A stretch of DNA of 64,000 nucleotides, taken from positions 1,180 through 65,179 of the forward strand of contig JAZQJA010000046.1 of NCBI GenBank assembly GCA_045541455.1, in the 5' to 3' direction. The DNA comes from Eubacteriales bacterium. Lineage in GTDB: Bacteria; Bacillota; Clostridia; Oscillospirales; QAKW01. The notes below the pieces were generated by a model, which was given only the letters and a program-made list of their open reading frames with translations, made no database searches and was not told where the DNA came from. A program made the position numbers and the translations under genes. Numbering within the stretch: position 1 is the stretch's first letter; the number at the start of each line of letters is the position of its first letter. Shown piece by piece: positions 36,954-47,413 of this stretch.

Positions 36954-38009
36954 ATGAAAAAAAGAATACCTATATTAATACTATTATGTATTGCTTTAAT
37001 TGCAGCCGGCATTTACGGCGGAATAAAAATTAAAAATTACCTGCCGTTCTATTATGATAAGACAGGTAAAAACCAACCCGACACAGAATACACTTTAACA
37101 ATTGAGAAAAGTGATTTTGAAAACGAAGTTGCAATACGGCTTGAGCAAAACGGAATAATTGTATCTGCAATTCGGTTTTTGGGGTATATTCACGAAAACT
37201 ATCCCGATTTTGTATGGCTTAACGGCACATACAACCTGCGAGCAGATATGTCATACAAAGAACTGTGTCAAAAATTGCAAAAGCCAGACAGTAGAATTGA
37301 ATATGTGAAATTCACCATCCCTGAAGGCAAAAACATTCGAGGCATTGCAGAAATTGTTGAAAAATCGGGGCTGTGCACAAAAAAAGAGTTTTTACAGGCC
37401 GCTGACAGTTATGACTATGACTACAGTTTTATAAAAGACCTTAAAGAACGTGATCAATCTGTTATCGGGTACAAGTTGGAAGGATATTTGTTCCCTGCAA
37501 CGTACGAATTTAGAAAAGACACTGTAACAGCGCACGAAATTGTAGACCAAATGCTGTCAGCTTTTAGCGGATATATTACAGATGATATAATCTCAAAGGC
37601 TGCCGATATGGGACTGTCGATAAATGAACTTATAACATTCGGTTCTGTAATTCAAGCGGAAGCTTTTTCAAAAGAATCGATGGCTAATATATCGTCAGTA
37701 TTTTGGAACAGGCTTAAATCAAGTGATTTACGGCAATTGCAGTCAGACCCCACCACAACATACGCCAAAGGGTTATCGGCACTTGACAGTTACAATGAAA
37801 AAATGTATAACGCGTATGATACATATAAATGTATAGGGCTTCCGGCAGGACCCACCAACTGTCCGGGAATGGATGTTATTAACGCTGTATTAAACCCAAG
37901 TGAAACTGACTATTATTATTTTGTTACAGACAGTGAAGGTAAATTTTATTATAATAAAACCTATGCAGCACATGTTAAAACTTGCTACGATATAGGACTT
38001 TGGAAATAA
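36954..38009 (+). CDS. mltG: Endolytic murein transglycosylase MltG (YceG family)
   Basis: N-terminal TM helix. Motifs LEGYLFPATYEF and ASVIQAE-like (GSVIQAEA), plus NRL and YNTY-like motifs. Confidence 0.9.
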   Translation: MKKRIPILILLCIALIAAGIYGGIKIKNYLPFYYDKTGKNQPDTEYTLTIEKSDFENEVAIRLEQNGIIVSAIRFLGYIHENYPDFVWLNGTYNLRADMSYKELCQKLQKPDSRIEYVKFTIPEGKNIRGIAEIVEKSGLCTKKEFLQAADSYDYDYSFIKDLKERDQSVIGYKLEGYLFPATYEFRKDTVTAHEIVDQMLSAFSGYITDDIISKAADMGLSINELITFGSVIQAEAFSKESMANISSVFWNRLKSSDLRQLQSDPTTTYAKGLSALDSYNEKMYNAYDTYKCIGLPAGPTNCPGMDVINAVLNPSETDYYYFVTDSEGKFYYNKTYAAHVKTCYDIGLWK

Positions 38010-38047
38010 AAAAATTCTGCACAACTAAAGTTGTGCAGAATTTTTTA
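38008..38047. terminator. Bidirectional intrinsic terminator
   Basis: AATTCTGCACAAC-TAAA-GTTGTGCAGAATT flanked by an A-run and a T-run. Confidence 0.85.
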
Positions 38048-39868
38048 TTTGGTGTTTGAATAGCCTTTGCCCTTAACTCTGTCGTAAGTGATGTTTTTCA
38101 TAAGCGTAATAAAGTTTTGGTTTTGCTTATCGAGTGGCATTTGCAATCGCACATTATAATAAGGAAGCGAGCCAAAATGGTCATACAAATATTGCATATA
38201 CGGTGTCATATTTGTGCCTGTAGCCTTTGCAATAAGAGTTAGCAGATAGTAAGTTGAAATGTCGGTATTTTGCTCAAGCACGCCATAATCTACATCGTAA
38301 TTTGAGTATATAAGGTACTGAGCGCTGTAAATATATTTATTTTCTTCTGTGTCATAGCCGTCTGATATATCTACATTTCCCGCCTGATTATAAGCCGCAT
38401 GGTAAGCACCCAAAGCAGGTTTGTGGTCGCCAAAAAACACAACTACAGTGGGCTTTTCACGGCTATCAACATAATCTACAAGTTTTTTAAGCGAAAGGTC
38501 GGCATAATACACGCCTTGAGTATAGGTAGTAACCGAGTCGAGCTGAGCCTGATCAAGCCTGTCGTTTTGGACCTTAACTATTATATTTTCTTCTTTACTT
38601 TTGTCATACGCACCGTGGTTTTCCATTGTTATGCCATAAATAAAGTTTGGCGTGTCGGTATTTTTTTCGAGCGTGTCAATGACAACATCCATAAACACAT
38701 CGTCTATAATATATCCACGGCGGTATTTTTCGTCGTAATTTGCAACAACCGCGTCTTGCGCAATAAACTCATCAAAGCCAAGCAGTGGGTAGGCTTCGTT
38801 TCGCATATAGAATTTACCGTCGTAGGTGTGAATACCTGTTGTTTTATAGCCTTGGTTTTTATAGTTTGATACATAACTTTCAAGATCGCGCGTTACATAC
38901 AGATAGGGGCTTGTGCCGTTTACAAGATAATCAATTGTAAGGCCTGTTATAACCTCAAACTCTGTACGCACTGTACCGCCGCCGTGTGCCGTAGTATAGA
39001 TGTTACCGCTAACCGCATTTTCACGCGAGCGTATCTCGTCGTAATTTACAAGCGGGTTTTGTGAAAAAGTTGTATTTTTAAGTTCACGAATATCAGTAAA
39101 CGCCTCACTCATAACAACTATTACATCGGGTGTTTGAGATTGGGTTTTGGAGCTAGTGTAATCTTTAAGACTTTGTGCAATATAAGTTTCACTATATTCA
39201 TCGGGTGCGACAACCTTTAGGGCAAAACAGTTAATTGTAAACGCATTAGTAAAACCGTTATATTTGTAGTTTGAAGACTGCAAAACACTGTTTTCAAACG
39301 ACATTGTAAATTTGTTAAGTAGTTTTTCGGTGGTTTTAGGTGTGTTATATAAAACAATAATAGGAATTATAAATACCAGTGTTGAGGGCAAACGGTAATA
39401 CCATTTAAGCGGTATTTCTATATCGGCACACCAAAGTGCTAAAGACACAAACACAACAAAGGCAATTGCGGGCCAAAGCAGTATTGGAAGGTCAAACTTT
39501 GCAAAGCCGATAAGTTGCCCCATGTTGCCTGCCATTGATACATCCCATGGAAAAAAGTAGTCACCGTTAATGGCAAGTTTAACACAGTTTATAATGCCGA
39601 GAATAATTGAAAGGGTACCGCTTATTGCCGCAAAAAGCCAAACTTTTTTACTTATAAGCAATATAACCGCCGAAATTAAAAGTATTACCATATAAGAAAA
39701 TACCAAACGAAGCGGATGGTGATACCACAGTGACAAAACACTTTTGAGCGAACTGAAATTCATATATTCCAAAACGCCGAGGCAAAACAGTAAGTAGAGC
39801 GGCAAAATACAAAAACTTAATATTCTGTACCATTTTTTATTTGATAAATAATCTTTTAGTTTTTTCAA
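38045..39868 (-). CDS. LTA-synthase-family sulfatase-domain membrane protein (paralog 1)
   Basis: Five N-terminal TM helices plus an extracellular alkaline-phosphatase-superfamily domain (VVVMSEAF, GGGTVRTEFE, GDHKP). Confidence 0.88.
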   Translation of the reverse strand: MKKLKDYLSNKKWYRILSFCILPLYLLFCLGVLEYMNFSSLKSVLSLWYHHPLRLVFSYMVILLISAVILLISKKVWLFAAISGTLSIILGIINCVKLAINGDYFFPWDVSMAGNMGQLIGFAKFDLPILLWPAIAFVVFVSLALWCADIEIPLKWYYRLPSTLVFIIPIIVLYNTPKTTEKLLNKFTMSFENSVLQSSNYKYNGFTNAFTINCFALKVVAPDEYSETYIAQSLKDYTSSKTQSQTPDVIVVMSEAFTDIRELKNTTFSQNPLVNYDEIRSRENAVSGNIYTTAHGGGTVRTEFEVITGLTIDYLVNGTSPYLYVTRDLESYVSNYKNQGYKTTGIHTYDGKFYMRNEAYPLLGFDEFIAQDAVVANYDEKYRRGYIIDDVFMDVVIDTLEKNTDTPNFIYGITMENHGAYDKSKEENIIVKVQNDRLDQAQLDSVTTYTQGVYYADLSLKKLVDYVDSREKPTVVVFFGDHKPALGAYHAAYNQAGNVDISDGYDTEENKYIYSAQYLIYSNYDVDYGVLEQNTDISTYYLLTLIAKATGTNMTPYMQYLYDHFGSLPYYNVRLQMPLDKQNQNFITLMKNITYDRVKGKGYSNTK

Positions 39869-39882
39869 AACTTCCTACCTCC

Positions 39883-41673
39883 TTACTTAATTGTATCATA
39901 AGTGATAAGTTTCATTGAGTTTATAAATTCTTTACCGGATTCGTCCAGTGTTATTCCAAGACGCACATTATAATAAGGAAATTTCAAAAAGTTATCGGCA
40001 AGGTAATTCATATACGGTGTCATGCCTGTATTTGTGGCGCGTGCCAAAAGTGAGAGCATATAGTAAGTTGAAACATCAGTATTATTTTCAAGCACACCGT
40101 AATCACTAAGATAATTTGAATAAATAACAAAAGGTGTACTGAAAAGATACGCCTGCTCTGTACTATCATAAGGATACGAAACGTTGCCGGCCTGTTTATA
40201 TGCCGCCTGATTTGAACCCAGCGTTGGAAGGTGGTCGCCGAAAAACAACAGCACAGTTGGTTTTTCACGGCTATCGATATAATCAACAAGTTTTTTAAGC
40301 GAAAGGTCGGCATAATACACACCTTGAGTGTAGGTAGTAACCGAGTCAAGCACATCGCTTTCAAGTGATGGATTTTGCACATCTATTACAATATCTTCCG
40401 GATTGGACTTTTTATAAGCCTGATGGTTTTCCATTGTAATTCCAAATATAAAATTGGGTTTATCAGTATTTTTTTCTAACGTGTCAATCACAACATCCAT
40501 AAACGTATCATCTGTGATATAACCGCGTCTGCCGGTCCATTCATAGTTTTGATAGATTTCTTTTTCGGAAATAAATTCGTCAAAACCAAGGAATGGATAA
40601 GCTGTGTTTCGCATATAGAATTTATCGTCATAAGTGTGTATTGCTGTTGTTTTATAGCCTTGTGATTTATAGTTTGACACATACGACGGTATTTCTTTCT
40701 TTATATAAAGATACGGGCTTGTGCCATTTATAAGGTAATCAACGGTTAAACCTGTAAGCATTTCAAACTCTGTACGTACTGTACCGCCGCCCAAAGCGGT
40801 TGTATACAATTTGCCACTAACGGCATTGTCATTTGAAATTATTTTATCATAGTTTTTTAGCGGATTTTGTGAAAATGTTGTGCCGTTTAAATTCCTTACA
40901 TCCCAAAAAGCCTCAGACAAAACTACAATCACATCAGGTGACTGTGTTGCTTTTGTTTCGCTGTAGTTTTCAAGAATATCCGTAATTGCCTGTGCACTGT
41001 AACCTTCGGGAGCTGACACCTTTAACGCAAAGCAATTAATTGTAAAAGCATTAGTAAAACCATTGGCACGATAGTTTGATGACTGCAAAATACTGTCGTT
41101 AAAGGACATGCCAAACTTCAAAAACACTTTTTCTGTCGTCTTTGGGTTATTAAAAAATATAATTACAGGTAAAATCAAAGCAATTATCAGCGGTAAAGCT
41201 ATTTTATAGCTTATATTTATCTTGGTATTTACAAAAGCAAAATAAACACACATTAAAATCATTAAGGAAAGCCATAACCAAAAAAACGGAGGAATATCAA
41301 AACGGGCAAAACTTACAAGTTCGGACATATTTCCCATCATTGTGACATCCCATGGGAAGAAATAATCGCCATTCACGGACAGTTTTACACAGTTTACAAG
41401 TCCCATAATTACTGTAAGTGCACCTAAAGTTACAGCATATATCCACAGTTTACGGACAAGCAGCAATATTATCGCCGATAAAACACTAAAAACAATTAAG
41501 GCAAAAAACATTTTTCCTATGCCCTTACCCCATGTGTAAAAAATACCGCCGAGTTCACGGTAATTTAAATATTCAACAGTATACAGACATAAAAACATAT
41601 AAACAGGCAGCAGAAAAAAACTGAGTGTCCGACACCATTTTGTCTGTTGAATTTTTGACACAAATTGTTTCAT
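39883..41673 (-). CDS. LTA-synthase-family sulfatase-domain membrane protein (paralog 2)
   Basis: Same architecture (VIVVLSEAF, GGGTVRTEFE, GDHLP). Collinear with paralog 1. Confidence 0.88.
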   Translation of the reverse strand: MKQFVSKIQQTKWCRTLSFFLLPVYMFLCLYTVEYLNYRELGGIFYTWGKGIGKMFFALIVFSVLSAIILLLVRKLWIYAVTLGALTVIMGLVNCVKLSVNGDYFFPWDVTMMGNMSELVSFARFDIPPFFWLWLSLMILMCVYFAFVNTKINISYKIALPLIIALILPVIIFFNNPKTTEKVFLKFGMSFNDSILQSSNYRANGFTNAFTINCFALKVSAPEGYSAQAITDILENYSETKATQSPDVIVVLSEAFWDVRNLNGTTFSQNPLKNYDKIISNDNAVSGKLYTTALGGGTVRTEFEMLTGLTVDYLINGTSPYLYIKKEIPSYVSNYKSQGYKTTAIHTYDDKFYMRNTAYPFLGFDEFISEKEIYQNYEWTGRRGYITDDTFMDVVIDTLEKNTDKPNFIFGITMENHQAYKKSNPEDIVIDVQNPSLESDVLDSVTTYTQGVYYADLSLKKLVDYIDSREKPTVLLFFGDHLPTLGSNQAAYKQAGNVSYPYDSTEQAYLFSTPFVIYSNYLSDYGVLENNTDVSTYYMLSLLARATNTGMTPYMNYLADNFLKFPYYNVRLGITLDESGKEFINSMKLITYDTIK

Positions 41674-41799
41674 ATAATAATCCTTTCATAACTTTCCACT
41701 TTATATTTTAACACAAAATAGCAAAAAGTAAACCTTATTAGATATAAAAAGACAAAGAGAGGACTATAAAAAGCCCTCTCTTAAAATGCAAAACAACTA

Positions 41800-43920
41800 T
41801 TATTCTTCTGTTGCACCGCTTTGCATATCAAGCAAAGCATCTTTTCTGGAAAGATTGTATCTTCCCTTTTCATCGATTTCCATAAACTTAACGTAAATTT
41901 CATCGCCTTCTGACAGTAAATCCTCTACCTTTTCAACACGCTTTGTATCAAGTTTTGAAATGTGCACAAGACCTTCTTTTCCGGGTGCAAACTCAACAAA
42001 AGCACCAAAAGCCATAAGTTTTACAACTTTTGCCCTATAGATAGCACCAACCTCCGGTTCGAACACTATACCCTTGATGATTTCAAGCGCTTTATCTGCA
42101 GCAGCCTTTTCTGTAGCCGAGATAAATACAGAACCGTCGTCTTCAATATCAATTTTAGCACCGGTATCGGCAACTATTTTCTGTATAACTTTACCGCCGC
42201 TTCCGATTACATCACGGATTTTATCGGGATGAATTTTGTGAGTAATTACCTTTGGTGCAAACTCCTTGACATCTTCACGGGGTTCGGCAATTGCCTTTAA
42301 CATAACATTGTCAATAATGTGATATCTTGCAATCCTTGTCTTTTCAATTGCTTCTTTAATAATTTCTGCGGTAAGACCGTCAACTTTAATATCCATCTGG
42401 ATTGCAGTAATACCTTTTTTAGTACCTGCAACCTTAAAGTCCATATCGCCGAAAAAGTCTTCTATACCCTGAATGTCAACCATTGTCATAAACGAACCGT
42501 CATCACGGGTGATAAGACCGCATGAAATACCTGCAACGGGAGCCTTAATCGGAACACCTGCGTCCATAAGTGCAAGAGTTGAACCGCAAATTGAACCCTG
42601 CGAGGTTGAACCGTTTGATGTAAGAACATCGGATACAAGACGGATTGTATACGGGAACTCTTCAACCGACGGAATAACCGGCTCTAACGCACGTTCTGCC
42701 AAAGCACCGTGACCGATTTCACGTCTGCCGGGGCTTCTTGAAGGCTTTGCATCGCCAACAGTAAAGCCGGGCATATTGTAGTGGTGCATATATCTCTTTG
42801 ACTCAACTTCTTTATCAAGTCCGTCAATAATCTGCTCGTCTGAAATCATACCGAGTGTTGCAACGGTTAAAACCTGTGTTTTACCCCTTGCAAACATACC
42901 GCAACCGTGAACACGGGGAAGAAGACCAACCTCTGCATGTAGAGGACGAAGGTCGTTTATTCCTCTGCCGTCAACACGTTTGCCCTCTTCTGAAAGCCAA
43001 GTGCGTACAATGAATTTTTGGAGTTTATAAAGACACTCATCAATCATTCCGATGCGTTCTTCATTTTGGGCATCAAACTGTGCATGTACTTTATCATATA
43101 CATTATTTATATCTGCATCGCGCTGCTCTTTATCATTTGAATCAAGTGCAGCTTTCATATCGTCAATAGCAAACTCTTTAATGCTGTCAAAAAGGTCATG
43201 GTCAACATCACATGACTCAAAAGTAAATTTCTCTTTACCGATTTCGCTGACAATTCCATTTATAAACTCAACGATTTTTTGGTTTTCTTTATGGCCTTCC
43301 ATAATGCCGTTAAACATAACGTCATCGTTTACCTCTTTAGCACCCGCCTCAATCATTGTTACTTTTTGAGCGGTTGAAGCAACAGTTACAGCCATTTCTG
43401 ATTTTTCACGTTGTTGTTCGGTTGGGTTAAAAAGGTATTCACCGTCAGCGTAGCCCACCGAGATACCGCTTATAGGGCCGTTAAAGGGAATGTCGGAAAT
43501 AGAAAGTGCAATTGATGCACCAAGCATACCCACTATTTCAGGAATGTTGTCATGGTCAACCGACATAACAGTAATATTAACATTAACATCGTTTCGCATA
43601 TCCTTGGGGAAAAGCGGACGGATTGAACGGTCGATAACTCTTGAACTGAGTATAGCCTTTTCACTCGGTCTGCCCTCACGGCGTAAAAAGCTGCCTGGAA
43701 TTCTGCCTACTGCATACATTCTTTCCTCAAAGTCAACTGAAAGCGGAAAGAAGTCGATGCCGTCACGCGGTTTTTTTGATGCGGTAGCAGTTGCCAAAAC
43801 AACTGTATCACCGTAGCGAACAAGTGCCGAGCCGTTTGCAAGTTCTGCAAACTTACCGGTTTCAACTGTAAGTTTACGGCCTGCAATTTCTGTTTCAAAA
43901 ATTCTGTGATTTTCGTACAT
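41800..43920 (-). CDS. pnp: Polyribonucleotide nucleotidyltransferase (PNPase)
   Basis: Two RNase PH domains plus KH and S1 domains. AAAGGAGG RBS before ATG 43920. Confidence 0.97.
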   Translation of the reverse strand: MYENHRIFETEIAGRKLTVETGKFAELANGSALVRYGDTVVLATATASKKPRDGIDFFPLSVDFEERMYAVGRIPGSFLRREGRPSEKAILSSRVIDRSIRPLFPKDMRNDVNVNITVMSVDHDNIPEIVGMLGASIALSISDIPFNGPISGISVGYADGEYLFNPTEQQREKSEMAVTVASTAQKVTMIEAGAKEVNDDVMFNGIMEGHKENQKIVEFINGIVSEIGKEKFTFESCDVDHDLFDSIKEFAIDDMKAALDSNDKEQRDADINNVYDKVHAQFDAQNEERIGMIDECLYKLQKFIVRTWLSEEGKRVDGRGINDLRPLHAEVGLLPRVHGCGMFARGKTQVLTVATLGMISDEQIIDGLDKEVESKRYMHHYNMPGFTVGDAKPSRSPGRREIGHGALAERALEPVIPSVEEFPYTIRLVSDVLTSNGSTSQGSICGSTLALMDAGVPIKAPVAGISCGLITRDDGSFMTMVDIQGIEDFFGDMDFKVAGTKKGITAIQMDIKVDGLTAEIIKEAIEKTRIARYHIIDNVMLKAIAEPREDVKEFAPKVITHKIHPDKIRDVIGSGGKVIQKIVADTGAKIDIEDDGSVFISATEKAAADKALEIIKGIVFEPEVGAIYRAKVVKLMAFGAFVEFAPGKEGLVHISKLDTKRVEKVEDLLSEGDEIYVKFMEIDEKGRYNLSRKDALLDMQSGATEE

Positions 43921-44084
43921 AATGTACCTCCTTTTAATTTTAGGAGCGGCCCGCTGTTTAACACTCAAAAAACGGTTTTAATAACAAACCGGCATTTGAC
44001 TGCTAAACTGCGTTTTTCCGCACCTATTGTGTTTTAAAAAATGGCTAAAGGCGGAATTTAATAAAAAATCCCGCCTGTTTGCAA

Positions 44085-44351
44085 TTACTTTCTGATATTG
44101 AGCTTTTCGATGATAGCACGATATCTTGTGATATCAGTTTTAATGAGGTAGTTTAAAAGATTACGTCTGTTACCAACCATTTTAAGCATACCGCGTCTTG
44201 AATGATGGTCATGCGGGTTCTTTTTAAGATGCTCGGTAAGTTCGTTAATTCTTGCAGTAAGAATAGCAATCTGTACCTCAGGCGAACCGGTATCGGTTTC
44301 ATGAAGTCTGTTATCAGCAATAACAGCTGTCTTTTTATCCTTTTTAATCAT
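44085..44351 (-). CDS. rpsO: 30S ribosomal protein S15
   Basis: [46 protein letters not shown] 44351 follows AAGGTG. Confidence 0.96.
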   Translation of the reverse strand: MIKKDKKTAVIADNRLHETDTGSPEVQIAILTARINELTEHLKKNPHDHHSRRGMLKMVGNRRNLLNYLIKTDITRYRAIIEKLNIRK

Positions 44352-44472
44352 TTCACTTTTCACCTTTCTTTAGATTTGTCCGGCTATGCTGAGTTAACCG
44401 ACGGTGACCATCGTGATACCAAGCATAGTTAAACATCTTAGGTATTATACAACAACTTTTTGATTTTGTAAA
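44352..44472 (-). promoter_or_regulatory. rpsO promoter (TTTACA, 17 nt, TATAAT) and structured leader
   Basis: -10 at 44444-44449 and -35 at 44467-44472. The leader has nested helices: CUAUGCU/AGCAUAG enclosing CGAUGG-UCA-CCGUCG. Confidence 0.4.
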
Positions 44473-44560
44473 CACTTTTTTTAATATTTTATGTAACTAT
44501 CCTTGAAATATAAGCAAATATAAATTAAAATATGTATAAATAGTAAGAAAGAGTTATGAT

Positions 44561-45184
44561 ATGGAAAACGGTTATAAAGTACCTTTAAAAAACGGAACTT
44601 GTGAATTTGTTGAGAAAAAAAGCAGGTTTATTTCTTACCTTGCTTATGTAGAAAACGAAGCCGAAGCTAAAGCGTTTATTGACAGCATTTGTTCAAAACA
44701 TTCAGATGCAACGCACAACTGCGTTGCCTACCGCTTATACAACCCCCGAATTGAACGCTTTTCTGACGACGGCGAACCGGCAGGAACTGCAGGTATGCCT
44801 ATGCTTGAAGTTTTAAAAAAAGAAGATATTTACAATGTATGCGTAGTTGTCACACGCTATTTCGGCGGCATACTGCTTGGCGGTGGCGGTCTTATACGTG
44901 CTTACAGCAAGGGCGTTTCGGATATATTGTCAAAAGTATCTTTCGCAACACGGCTTGCAAGTGTTACACTGTCACTTAAGTTTTCTTACAACAAGTTTTC
45001 AAAAGTACAAAAACTGCTTGAAAACACAGTGCATTGTAATTTATCGACGGAGTTTGCAGAAAATATTAATATGACCGTTACTGTTACAAAAGACCAAAAG
45101 TTTAAGTTTTGCGATAATGTACGTGACCTTCTTTACGGTGAAGTAGAAATTACGGAAATTAAAAGCGGTTTTGACAGTTTTTAA
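44561..45184 (+). CDS. YigZ/IMPACT-family protein
   Basis: KSRFISYL...ATHNCVAYRL...FSDDGEPAGTAG...VVVTRYFGGILLGGGGL signature. Confidence 0.88.
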   Translation: MENGYKVPLKNGTCEFVEKKSRFISYLAYVENEAEAKAFIDSICSKHSDATHNCVAYRLYNPRIERFSDDGEPAGTAGMPMLEVLKKEDIYNVCVVVTRYFGGILLGGGGLIRAYSKGVSDILSKVSFATRLASVTLSLKFSYNKFSKVQKLLENTVHCNLSTEFAENINMTVTVTKDQKFKFCDNVRDLLYGEVEITEIKSGFDSF

Positions 45185-45275
45185 ATAAATTAAAAAGGTT
45201 TGTTTACATTTTATTAACCCTTATGTCCAACATTGCTGTTATACTATACTTGAATTCAGACACGGAGGAAGAGTT

Positions 45276-45965
45276 ATGAGTAAAATCCTTATTATTGACG
45301 ACGAACAAAATATTTGCGATTTGCTTAATTTGTATCTTATAAAAGAAGGCTATGAAACGGTTACAGCAAACGACGGTGAAGAGGCTGTAAAAAAATTCAA
45401 AGAAAGCCAGTTTGACCTTGTACTGCTTGATATAATGTTGCCTAAAAAAGACGGCTGGGAGGTTTGCAAAGAAATAAGAAAAACCTCAAATGTACCGATT
45501 ATTATGCTCTCGGCAAAAGGTGAAACTTTTGACAAAGTGTTGGGATTGGAACTTGGGGCAGACGACTATGTCACAAAACCGTTTGACAGCAAAGAACTTG
45601 TGGCACGCATTAAAAGTGTTATTCGCCGTACAAAAGACAGCGGCGAACCTTTGGCAGAGGATATGCAAGAAGTTGAGTACGAGAATTTGTATGTATCACT
45701 TACAAATTACAAACTTCGGGTAAAGGGTGAAGACGTGGACGCACCACCTAAAGAAATAGAACTTCTTTATCATCTTGCCAAAAATCCAAACAGAGTTTAC
45801 ACACGCGACCAACTTTTAGACGAGATTTGGGGCTTTAAATACTTCGGCGATTCAAGAACAGTTGATGTGCACATTAAAAGAATTCGCGAAAAACTTGAAA
45901 ATGTGTCAGAAAAATGGACTATAAAAACTGTCTGGGGCGTTGGATATAAATTTGAAACAAGATAA
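45276..45965 (+). CDS. OmpR-family response regulator
   Basis: Receiver domain (DDE...DLVLLDIMLP) plus a winged-helix domain (VWGVGYKF). Confidence 0.92.
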   Translation: MSKILIIDDEQNICDLLNLYLIKEGYETVTANDGEEAVKKFKESQFDLVLLDIMLPKKDGWEVCKEIRKTSNVPIIMLSAKGETFDKVLGLELGADDYVTKPFDSKELVARIKSVIRRTKDSGEPLAEDMQEVEYENLYVSLTNYKLRVKGEDVDAPPKEIELLYHLAKNPNRVYTRDQLLDEIWGFKYFGDSRTVDVHIKRIREKLENVSEKWTIKTVWGVGYKFETR

Positions 45966-45968
45966 AAT

Positions 45969-47399
45969 ATGCATAGACGAATTTTTATTAAATATTACAG
46001 TATTTGTGCGCTTATAATAACATTAACAGTAGCTATGCTCGGTTGTGTAACAAGTACCGTTTTAGCGGTTAAAACGGTAAACGACCAAAACGAGCTTATG
46101 GAGCGTGCTGCCAACAAAATGGCAAAAAGTATTGCAAGAATGCCTAAAAATTATCATATTATTGCCGGCAATATTTTAGACGACTCAATATCAGCAATCA
46201 AAGAAACTGCAAATGCCGATATTTTGATTTTTGATGAGCAGGGCAGACTTGATTTGACAACTCTTGCTCTCGACTCGTTAAAAGAAATCGCTTTGCCCAG
46301 CAATAATGTTGTGCAAGACGTACTTGAAGGCAATGTATACCGTGCGGCAAATTCATACGGTACTATACGAAAAAGTGTAGGTTATACAATAGGTGTACCT
46401 GTGGTATCCGGTGACAACAGCATTAGTGGTGCAATATTTATGACAACCGATAAGTTTAATATACAAACGGTTATTTTAAGTACACTATTAATTTTTACAA
46501 TGTGCGGAACACTGGTATTGTTAATCGCATTTGTAGTATTATTTATTTTTACAAAACGGATTACTAAACCTATTTATCAAATGAGTAACATTGCAAGTTG
46601 TTATGCAAAGGGAGACTTTTCAAAACGGCTTGATGTTGAAAAAAGTCACGAATATGCGCCTTTGGCACTGGCATTTAATTCTATGGCTGACGGTATTGAC
46701 AATTTAGAGCAAATGCGGCGCGGGTTTGTGGCTGATGTGTCACACGAACTGCGCACACCAATGACTACCATAACGGGATTTATTGACGGTATGCTCGACG
46801 GCACTATCCCTCCTGAATATTATGAGAAATATTTAAAAATAGTATCAGAAGAAGTTCACCGTGTTTCGCGTATGGTGTCAACGTTTCTTGATGTTGCAAG
46901 AATTCAGTCGGGCCAGATGACCTATGTAAAAAAACCTTTTGACATTATAGAAACTGCAGGTAAAGCGCTATTTGCTTTTGAGGACAGGATTAACCAAAAA
47001 GAAATTAATCTTAAAGTCAATTTTGCAGATGACAGCATTATTGTAAATGCTGATGCTGACGCTATATATAGAGTTATATATAATCTTTTAGACAATGCTG
47101 TTAAATTCACTAAGCAAAACGGTGAAATTTTTATTGGCATAATGCAAGACGGTGCAAAGGCAAAGATTTTAATACGAAATACGGGCAGCGGAATTTCAAA
47201 AGAAGATGCTGCACATATTTTTGAAAGGTTTTATAAGGCTGACAAAAGCCGGTCGGACAATAAAAAAGGGACGGGTATAGGACTATACCTTGTCAAAAAT
47301 ATAATTAAAGACCACGGCGAAGATATTATACTTACATCAAAAGAAGGCGAGTTTGCTCAGTTTATGTTCACTCTGCCTTTATCTAACAAAATTAATTAG
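45969..47399 (+). CDS. Sensor histidine kinase
   Basis: Two TM helices, HAMP, H-box SHELRTPMTTI, and N/G boxes (DNAVKFT, GTGIGLYLV). Confidence 0.92.
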   Translation: MHRRIFIKYYSICALIITLTVAMLGCVTSTVLAVKTVNDQNELMERAANKMAKSIARMPKNYHIIAGNILDDSISAIKETANADILIFDEQGRLDLTTLALDSLKEIALPSNNVVQDVLEGNVYRAANSYGTIRKSVGYTIGVPVVSGDNSISGAIFMTTDKFNIQTVILSTLLIFTMCGTLVLLIAFVVLFIFTKRITKPIYQMSNIASCYAKGDFSKRLDVEKSHEYAPLALAFNSMADGIDNLEQMRRGFVADVSHELRTPMTTITGFIDGMLDGTIPPEYYEKYLKIVSEEVHRVSRMVSTFLDVARIQSGQMTYVKKPFDIIETAGKALFAFEDRINQKEINLKVNFADDSIIVNADADAIYRVIYNLLDNAVKFTKQNGEIFIGIMQDGAKAKILIRNTGSGISKEDAAHIFERFYKADKSRSDNKKGTGIGLYLVKNIIKDHGEDIILTSKEGEFAQFMFTLPLSNKIN

Positions 47400-47413
47400 G
47401 AGCACAGTTATTT

